A stretch of 18,693 bases of DNA from Chthoniobacteraceae bacterium. Lineage in GTDB: Bacteria; Verrucomicrobiota; Verrucomicrobiia; Chthoniobacterales; Chthoniobacteraceae. Position 1 is the first letter of the stretch, and each line of letters opens with the position of its first letter. A program made the position numbers and the translations under genes. The DNA is taken from the NCBI GenBank assembly GCA_040081625.1, contig JBEBGD010000109.1:1-18693 (forward strand), in the 5' to 3' direction. Below the pieces are notes generated by a model. It was given only the letters and a program-made list of their open reading frames with translations. It was not told the origin of the DNA and did not search any database. This document shows, one piece after another, positions 1-5,886 of this stretch.

Positions 1-2
1 GC

Positions 3-203
3 TACACCCTCGCCCCCACCGCCCGCCGCGAAATCCTCGATCGCCTCCTCGCCCTCAACCACCAGCGCCACGCCGAAGAAGTCGCCGCCGGCCTGCACGA
101 CGAGAAGAAACCCAAGGCCGGCAAGCGAAGGGCGAAAGGCACACCCAGCGCCCCCGTGCAGAGCGATCTCATTCCATCACCCCAAGGCGACCTTTTCACA
201 TGA
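3..203 (+). CDS. C-terminal fragment (5'-truncated by window edge) of a probable large N6-adenine DNA methyltransferase / type IIG restriction-modification enzyme, likely the DrmMI-like gene of a class 1 DISARM locus
   Basis: Frame +3 reads YTLAPTARREILDRLLALNHQRHAEEVAAGLHDEKKPK...QGDLFT* (TGA 201-203). The motif E(I/V)L.RLL.LN..R.AEE is typical of the C-terminus of type IIG/Eco57I-like and DrmMI methyltransferases. Same strand as the downstream drmABC. Not in the ORF track because the start lies outside the window. Confidence 0.7.
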   Translation, partial: YTLAPTARREILDRLLALNHQRHAEEVAAGLHDEKKPKAGKRRAKGTPSAPVQSDLIPSPQGDLFT

Positions 204-255
204 ACCCGAGCGCTCCTTGCCCCGTGGCGTCCAACCTGCGTATCGTGCGCGCGCC

Positions 256-1500
256 GTGATTTCCGAAATCCGCATCCAGAATTTCAAAAGCATCCACGAC
301 CTCGCGTTGAAGCCGGGCCGCGTGACCGTGCTCATCGGCGAAAACGGCAGCGGCAAAAGCAACATCCTCGAAGCCATCGCCTTCGCCGCCGGCGCAGCAG
401 CAGGGAAGCTGGACAGCATCTTTCTCGCAAACCGCGGTGTCCGAGTCGTCGAGGATACTTGGACGACAGCCGCATTTCCGCCGGGTGAGGACGAGGACGA
501 GGAGAAAGGGCCAAAACGCATCCGACTGAGCGTGAAAGGCGGAAGCGAAGAGCCGGTTTTCGAGTGTCGCGTTCACGCAAAACGCCGAAAGGATGACGGG
601 AGTTTCGATAGCTGGGCAGTTTCAGCACCTGTCTGGAAGAAGGAGGTGGATGAGGCGTTTCAGGAGCAGGAGTTCGCTGAAGAAATCGAGAAAACACTGG
701 AAGGGCTAAAGTCCAAAGGCGGGACGCGTAAGGATGCGAACTCTCAGTTGGAACAAACGCTCCGCCGGGTTCTGGCTTCGGCGAGGCTGAGTGCGCAGAA
801 GCGAGCCAAGCTCGAGCATAATGCGACCGTGCTGGGCCTCGCAGACTTCATGATTTACGCGCCGGACAACGAAACTCTGCGCACTCCGCCACCTGAGAGT
901 GTGGTTCAACCACTCGGGGTCAGGGGCCAAGGCTTGTTGAAGCTGCTCCAGTCTTTCTCAGAGCCGAAGTTCGCAGAACGTCTTCCGGACATGAAGGAGC
1001 GGCTTCAACTGTTCGGTTGGTTTGAAGATTTTCTCACGCCTGATGACGCCGCGACGGTCGAGGCGCGTCTGCAAATCCGAGACAAGTGGCTCGCTCAAGA
1101 CCGCGCGGTCTTTGACCAACGCAGCGCGAACGAGGGGTTCCTATATCTGCTGTTTTACTTCACGGTGCTGATGAGCTGGCGAACGCCGCGCTTTTTCGCG
1201 TTCGACAACGTGGACAACGCGCTGAACCCGAAGTTGTGCTCCGCGCTGATGCGCCAAATCGCCGAGCTGACGAAAAAGCACAAGAAGCAGGTCATCTGCA
1301 CGACACACAACGCGGCAATTCTCGACGGACTGAATCTCCACGACGATGAGCAGAGGCTCTACGCCGTGCGGCGCGATAGCGATGGGCACACCGTGGTCCA
1401 CCGCGTGCGCGCGCCCCAGCCGCAGTCGGGCGAGACGCCGGTGCGGCTCTCGGAAGCGTTCGCGCGCGGCATCATTGGTGGGCTGCCGGACCATTTTTAA
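256..1500 (+). CDS. ABC-type / AAA_21-family ATPase (RloA/AriA/OLD-ATPase-like), ~414 aa
   Basis: Likely GTG start at 256 (VISEIRIQNFKSI). Walker A GENGSGKS, signature-like SANEG, Walker B FFAFDN, D-loop DNALNP, H-loop TTHN. C-terminal LSEAFARGIIGGLP is typical of this family. Confidence 0.9.
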   Translation: MISEIRIQNFKSIHDLALKPGRVTVLIGENGSGKSNILEAIAFAAGAAAGKLDSIFLANRGVRVVEDTWTTAAFPPGEDEDEEKGPKRIRLSVKGGSEEPVFECRVHAKRRKDDGSFDSWAVSAPVWKKEVDEAFQEQEFAEEIEKTLEGLKSKGGTRKDANSQLEQTLRRVLASARLSAQKRAKLEHNATVLGLADFMIYAPDNETLRTPPPESVVQPLGVRGQGLLKLLQSFSEPKFAERLPDMKERLQLFGWFEDFLTPDDAATVEARLQIRDKWLAQDRAVFDQRSANEGFLYLLFYFTVLMSWRTPRFFAFDNVDNALNPKLCSALMRQIAELTKKHKKQVICTTHNAAILDGLNLHDDEQRLYAVRRDSDGHTVVHRVRAPQPQSGETPVRLSEAFARGIIGGLPDHF

Positions 1501-1512
1501 GCACGACGCGGC

Positions 1513-2196
1513 ATGGGCGACTTCGCATTGGTCACAGAAGGCGTCACCGACCACATGGTCCTGAAAAATGTCCTCATCGGTTTCTACAAGGAGCAGCGTG
1601 ACCCAGTTATCACCTTCGAGTTTCCCGACCCACAAGCGGCAACGCACACGGGCGGCTGGACGCTGGTGCTGCAATACCTGCGGGAGAAAAAATTCCGCGA
1701 GGCCTTTCAATTGAATCAGTATGTCATCGTGCAGGTGGACACCGATGTGGCGGAAGACCCTGGCTTTGACGTGCCCAAGCAGAATGCCGACGGGCCGCTG
1801 TCGATCGAAGAATTCATCGCGAAAGTGGTGGAGCGGCTGATGCAAGAAATCGGCGCGGAGGACTGCGCAACCTATGGTGATCGGTTCATCTTCGCCATCG
1901 GCGTAGAGCAAATCGAATGTTGGGTGCTGCCGCTGTGGTATGCCGACGCGAAGGGCGAACAAATCGCGAACTGCACTTCGCGGTTGGGCGGATCGGCGCA
2001 ACTGCGTAACGAATTGAACACAAAAAACTTCAAATGGATAAAGCCGGGTCAGAAAGAGCAGCGAAGTTACGACGTCGCCTCACGCGAATACCGCAAACGC
2101 GCGACGCTGCTCGCGGAAGGACCGCGAAATCCGAGCCTCAGAGTTTTTCTCGAAGAGCTGGATCGCCGGGCCATTGTCTTGCCGCCGTTTGAATGA
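1513..2196 (+). CDS. TOPRIM-like putative nuclease (RloB/DUF4276/AriB-like partner of the upstream ATPase), 227 aa
   Basis: N-terminal strand followed by EGVTD, central VQVDTD (DxD) and EQIECWVL match the acidic residue pattern of TOPRIM-fold partners of AAA_21 ATPases. Starts 12 nt after the ATPase stop. Confidence 0.7.
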   Translation: MGDFALVTEGVTDHMVLKNVLIGFYKEQRDPVITFEFPDPQAATHTGGWTLVLQYLREKKFREAFQLNQYVIVQVDTDVAEDPGFDVPKQNADGPLSIEEFIAKVVERLMQEIGAEDCATYGDRFIFAIGVEQIECWVLPLWYADAKGEQIANCTSRLGGSAQLRNELNTKNFKWIKPGQKEQRSYDVASREYRKRATLLAEGPRNPSLRVFLEELDRRAIVLPPFE

Positions 2197-2217
2197 AGCT
2201 CTGCTGAATGCGCCCCC

Positions 2218-2282
2218 TTGATGATTCGCGATAACTCCAAGGAGGAATTGGTTTTGGAGAGTGAGATGACGCGAATCATCAA
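2218..2282 (+). promoter_or_regulatory. Long nested inverted repeat (stem-loop) in the leader of the nuclease gene
   Basis: TTGATGATTCGCG (2218-2230) is the exact reverse complement of CGCGAATCATCAA (2270-2282). An inner stem CTCCAA (2235-2240) pairs with TTGGAG (2254-2259). AAGGAGG lies at 2239-2245. Confidence 0.6.
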
Positions 2283-2288
2283 CGGACA

Positions 2289-3278
2289 ATGAGCTTTCGA
2301 CTCATCGGCGAGGGAAAGGACTTCGACGGGCTATTCATCGGCGCGAACGGCGATAGCGACATGGTTTTCACCAAGGCCGACATCCTGCGTGCCGCCACTC
2401 TCACCGGACGCACCCGCACTAGCGCGAAGCGGTTCGGCGCTCAGTCGCGACTGGAGACGCGCTGGCGACTCTCGGCAATCCAACTCGCGCTGGACCTGGA
2501 GCCGCCGCCCGCCGGCACGGGGCCGAAGTTGTTCCGGCATCCCGCGCAATGGTGGCGTCTCGATCGCTCGGAGAAAGCCGCGCTGAATTTTACGTTGGGA
2601 AGTGTGGTCGCCAAGCTCGTAGCCGAGCGGCTCTTGAACACGCCGCTCCTGCTGCACCACGATGTGTATTCCCATTTTCTCCGCACGGATCTGCGTCAAC
2701 GCGATCCGCGGCCGGATTTCGCCGGCTGGACGAACTTCCCCAATGCCCGCTGGGTTGCCATCGAAGCAAAAGGTCGCAGTCAGCGCCCGTTCGCGCCGGA
2801 CCTAAGCGGCGCAAAATTTCAAGCGACTGCGCTGCGCCGCGTGCGCAACGAGACTGTGAGCTGCCATGCGACATGCTGGGCCTACGAACGGAGCCGGCAG
2901 ATTTTCGCGTTCTACGAAGACCCGCCGCCCCCTGATGATGACGGCCTGACGCTGGACATCGATCCGTGGCAGTTCGGCGCGGCCTACTACGCGCCGCTCC
3001 GTGCGATGCTGGAGGTGGCGGAACCCGGTGTGAATCGCGATGAGTTCATCACCTACCGGGTGCCATCGCTCGACGTGAAGCTCGCGCTGCACCGAAAGCT
3101 CGACGGCATCGTGCGTGAGCCGAATTCGCGGGTGATGGAGCACTTCATGGAACTGCTGCCAATTCACGATGTGATGGCGGGCGACTTCCTACTCGGGCCG
3201 GACGGCGTGGCGATTCTGCCTGCCGACACGCGGCTCGGTGACACCGAGGGCGAGTCGCACACACCGCAGAAGAAGTAG
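2289..3278 (+). CDS. PD-(D/E)XK superfamily putative nuclease, 329 aa
   Basis: Motif order SEK..L...LG (helix with acidic residue), RPDF (motif II), WVAIEAKG (motif III), then AKFQA. ATG start and coding-like codon usage. Confidence 0.75.
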   Translation: MSFRLIGEGKDFDGLFIGANGDSDMVFTKADILRAATLTGRTRTSAKRFGAQSRLETRWRLSAIQLALDLEPPPAGTGPKLFRHPAQWWRLDRSEKAALNFTLGSVVAKLVAERLLNTPLLLHHDVYSHFLRTDLRQRDPRPDFAGWTNFPNARWVAIEAKGRSQRPFAPDLSGAKFQATALRRVRNETVSCHATCWAYERSRQIFAFYEDPPPPDDDGLTLDIDPWQFGAAYYAPLRAMLEVAEPGVNRDEFITYRVPSLDVKLALHRKLDGIVREPNSRVMEHFMELLPIHDVMAGDFLLGPDGVAILPADTRLGDTEGESHTPQKK

Positions 3279-3361
3279 TGAGTTTGACCGGCGTTGAGTG
3301 CTCCCGGCGCGACCTGATAGCATCACGCAGCCCCAATTTTTTGTGTGAACGCGGTTTGTGG

Positions 3362-4342
3362 CTACTGCCCGCGCCAGAGGCGTTCGGTTGCCTTCGTCTC
3401 CCGCCCGACAGCGGTGATGATTTCATCGGCGACACGCTCGCATTCGCCGGCGATGGGGAGTTGCGGAGCGGGGGTGGCATTCCCGAAGAGCCGGCCGATC
3501 CACGAGCGGGGAACTGCCGCGGCTTTGTAACGCAGCGTGGTGATGCCATCGAGGTCGGAGATGCGGTGGACTTCGTCGTGGACGATCAGGGAGCGTTCGC
3601 TGCGATGGAGACCGACGCCCATGCCAAGCTCGAAAATGACGTTGCCGCGAGGGGTGACGACGTTGCGGTTGCGGATGGTGAGCTTGTCGTCGGGGGTGAG
3701 GACGTAGATGCCGAAGTCGCAGGCGCCGATGATACGCTCAAGGTCGTCGAGGGTGCTCTTGCCCGGAGTGAAGACGCTCGGGTCGTTCCACAACATGAGT
3801 TTCCACGCCGGCTTTTTCGCGGCTAGCGCGGCGCGGAACTGTTCGGCGGCATCCGCACCCTCGGAGGAGCTGGCGACGAAGAACGTGACTTCAGCCGCCG
3901 GCACGGGCGGCGGGAGGCAGTCGAGGCAGATCGCGCGGCCGGAGGCGACCCAGGCGTGCGAGAGATCGTCGAGCCATTGATCAAGGTCGGCGCGCGCCGT
4001 CGCGAGCGGGTCTGCGACTTTCCACTGCCCGGCGAGCGCGACGCGCTGTGTGGGATCTTGCCACGGGCCAACGACGTGAGAGGTGATCGAGGCAAGGAGC
4101 CGGGTGAGACGATCGAGCAAGGCGGGATGCCACGGCGGTGTGAGTTGCATGGCGCGGCCGGCGGTGAGGAGCGGCCGGGCGTCGTTGTGAGTCGCGGAGA
4201 CACTGTTGACGACGGAGTCGAGATTCGCGTCGGTTTCGAGCGGGAGTTCGGAAGCCCACATGTCGAGCCCGAGCCGGATGCGCTGGCCAGCGCGGAAGAC
4301 GAGACAAGCAATGGCGACGTTGCGATTATGCGCCCGATCCAT
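3362..4342 (-). CDS. CAP12/Pycsar-type TIR-like nucleotide-binding domain protein (putative NADase) with an unassigned ~150-aa N-terminal helical domain, ~326 aa
   Basis: C-terminal half reads FFVASSSEG...W....FTPGKSTLDDLERIIGACDFGIYVLTPDD...RGNVIFELGMGVG...SDLDGIT, the signature of the PF10137-type TIR-like family, with the catalytic Glu in FELG. The ATG at 4342 avoids overlap with the upstream ORF; the ORF track extends to 4423. Confidence 0.85.
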   Translation of the reverse strand: MDRAHNRNVAIACLVFRAGQRIRLGLDMWASELPLETDANLDSVVNSVSATHNDARPLLTAGRAMQLTPPWHPALLDRLTRLLASITSHVVGPWQDPTQRVALAGQWKVADPLATARADLDQWLDDLSHAWVASGRAICLDCLPPPVPAAEVTFFVASSSEGADAAEQFRAALAAKKPAWKLMLWNDPSVFTPGKSTLDDLERIIGACDFGIYVLTPDDKLTIRNRNVVTPRGNVIFELGMGVGLHRSERSLIVHDEVHRISDLDGITTLRYKAAAVPRSWIGRLFGNATPAPQLPIAGECERVADEIITAVGRETKATERLWRGQ

Positions 4343-4373
4343 CCTCTGGAGGGAAAATAAGTCCGCGCCCGGA

Positions 4374-4754
4374 CTAGCGCGCGCCCTCGGCGAGGAATTC
4401 GCAGCGGCGCGCCATTTTCTCAAAGTAAACGCGCACCTTGGCGTGGTCGCTCGATGTGATGGAACTCAGCGTGGGTGTCTCCAAGCCAGCGACTTGGCCG
4501 AGCAAGTCGAGCGAGCGCTGACGATGCTGTCGCGAGATTTCCGAGTAGCCGGTCTCCCAAGCTTCCACCTCGATCGCGATGCGCATGGTGCGGCTGCGCT
4601 GGCACAAGAGCTGGGCCGTGCGCGCAGAAGCGGCGCGATCGAGACTCGTGACGAGCTCGGCGAATGTTTGGATTTCTTGGGCGGCATCCAGCTTTTCGGC
4701 GGGGTAATCCTTCAACTCCGGAACCGCAATTGCGGGCGATGTGGAAACAGGCAT
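4374..4754 (-). CDS. Small, probably alpha-helical hypothetical protein, 126 aa, co-oriented with the TIR gene
   Basis: ATG start, amphipathic helical composition, 31-nt gap to the TIR gene start, and an AT-rich promoter-like region upstream. No family recognised. Confidence 0.6.
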   Translation of the reverse strand: MPVSTSPAIAVPELKDYPAEKLDAAQEIQTFAELVTSLDRAASARTAQLLCQRSRTMRIAIEVEAWETGYSEISRQHRQRSLDLLGQVAGLETPTLSSITSSDHAKVRVYFEKMARRCEFLAEGAR

Positions 4755-4809
4755 GGCTTCTTTTAATTGAAATCGGATCGGCGGGTCAACGGGGATGCAC
4801 CGATTTTAA

Positions 4810-4844
4810 TGAAAAAGTTTCAGTGACTTTTTCACTGAAAATTT
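4810..4844. promoter_or_regulatory. Overlapping palindromic operator-like sites in a divergent AT-rich intergenic region
   Basis: TGAAAAAGT (4810-4818)-N7-ACTTTTTCA (4826-4834) and TTTCAGTGA (4818-4826)-N5-TCACTGAAA (4832-4840) are both perfect 9-bp inverted repeats. They lie between divergent starts at 4754 (-) and 4864 (+). Confidence 0.6.
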
Positions 4845-4863
4845 GTATGAAAACTGGCTCGAA

Positions 4864-5535
4864 ATGCCCGACCACCACGCCCCCTCGTTCCTCCAACGTC
4901 ACGCCGATAGCAAGCTTCAGATTGAGCGAAGGATTCTCGCGAAGTGGATCGCCGGCAACCTGGTGGAGGAAGGCGCGCGGCTTTTCGTCGTCTCCGGGAC
5001 CACGGCGGCGGCGGCTGGCGAGGAGATTTTGCAGCGAGTGGATTCGGTCCACATCACGACCAACTCGGTGCCCATGGCGTGGTATTTCATCGGGCTGGTC
5101 GAGAAGGGCTTCGCGGCACCGCATGTCTCGGTGTCGGTCGTGGGCGGGGAGTTGCGCGCGGTGACCGGCGCGATTGCCGGCAAGGCCAAGCCCGAGCGCG
5201 GCGCCACATTGTTGATTTCGCCGCACGGACTCACGGCCAAGGCGATCACCGGTAACCGCGACGTGGATCAGCTCAAGCCGCTGGTGAACGGCCACCGAAA
5301 GGTGATCATGCCCGTGTCGTGGTCGAAGCTGAACCGGGAAGCTTTCGGCGTGGTGAAACATCTCGGCCACTGGAAACGGGTGGACTGCCAGCTCGTCATC
5401 ACCGAGCGGCCGCACAGCAGCCTGCGGCTCAGTGAGGAAGATCATCGGAACGGCATCGATCTGCTGAAGTCGGTGGCGACGACCATGGGCAATCGCTTGA
5501 CGATTCACTGGCTTCCGCTCAAGCGAGGGCGGTAG
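4864..5535 (+). CDS. Stand-alone DeoR/GlpR-type C-terminal sensor domain (RpiA/NagB-like fold) lacking the N-terminal HTH, ~223 aa
   Basis: F..R......E...LA..IA.NLVEEG..LFVVSGTT, ITTNSV, VVGGELR..TGAIAG and VIMPVSWSKL follow the order and spacing of DeoRC motifs (DSGTT, ITNS, GGxLR, DxSK). There is no room upstream for an HTH. ATG 4864 preferred; the ORF track uses TTG 4843. Confidence 0.7.
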   Translation: MPDHHAPSFLQRHADSKLQIERRILAKWIAGNLVEEGARLFVVSGTTAAAAGEEILQRVDSVHITTNSVPMAWYFIGLVEKGFAAPHVSVSVVGGELRAVTGAIAGKAKPERGATLLISPHGLTAKAITGNRDVDQLKPLVNGHRKVIMPVSWSKLNREAFGVVKHLGHWKRVDCQLVITERPHSSLRLSEEDHRNGIDLLKSVATTMGNRLTIHWLPLKRGR

Positions 5536-5758
5536 TTGAGTTCCTCCCGTGCACCGGCGGTGCCGCCAGGTGTTCATGCGACTAGACTTCGTATGGCCGT
5601 TAGCCCGTAGCGGCGAAGCAGCGAGTGGGCCGGTGCGAGCGGTAGGTGAATCATGCCCGGGTGCATAAGCAGGCGCGGTGCGAGCGAGCCGGTCCAATTG
5701 CGTGCGAGCAACGCGGGGGGATCGCGATTTTGCCGCTGGAATCATCAAGGTTTTCATA

Positions 5759-5784
5759 CCGCGCGGCCAACGTAGGCCGCGCGG
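5759..5784. other. Perfect GC-rich hairpin upstream of drmA
   Basis: CCGCGCGGCC-AACGTA-GGCCGCGCGG: 10-bp stem, 6-nt loop, no U-tract on either strand. Confidence 0.5.
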
Positions 5785-5886
5785 CCCGGTGTGCAATGGC
5801 CGTCCTTCAGATGTATGACACAATTGTGTTGGCGCCGACCGACTGAGCTTGCCGACCAGCGGGTTTTGGACTGACGATCTCATCCC

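Noticed and set aside
2218..2282. Hairpin as retron msr-msd or integron attC site
   Set aside because: No reverse transcriptase or integron integrase is in the window, the element is too short for msr-msd, and it lacks properly placed RYYYAAC/GTTRRRY ends.
3362..4342. TIR gene as part of canonical CBASS, Pycsar or Thoeris
   Set aside because: No CD-NTase, PycC cyclase or ThsA-like gene is recognisable nearby.
5631..5710. GTGCGAGC repeats as a mini CRISPR array
   Set aside because: The repeats are only 8-11 bp, irregularly spaced, and no cas genes are present.
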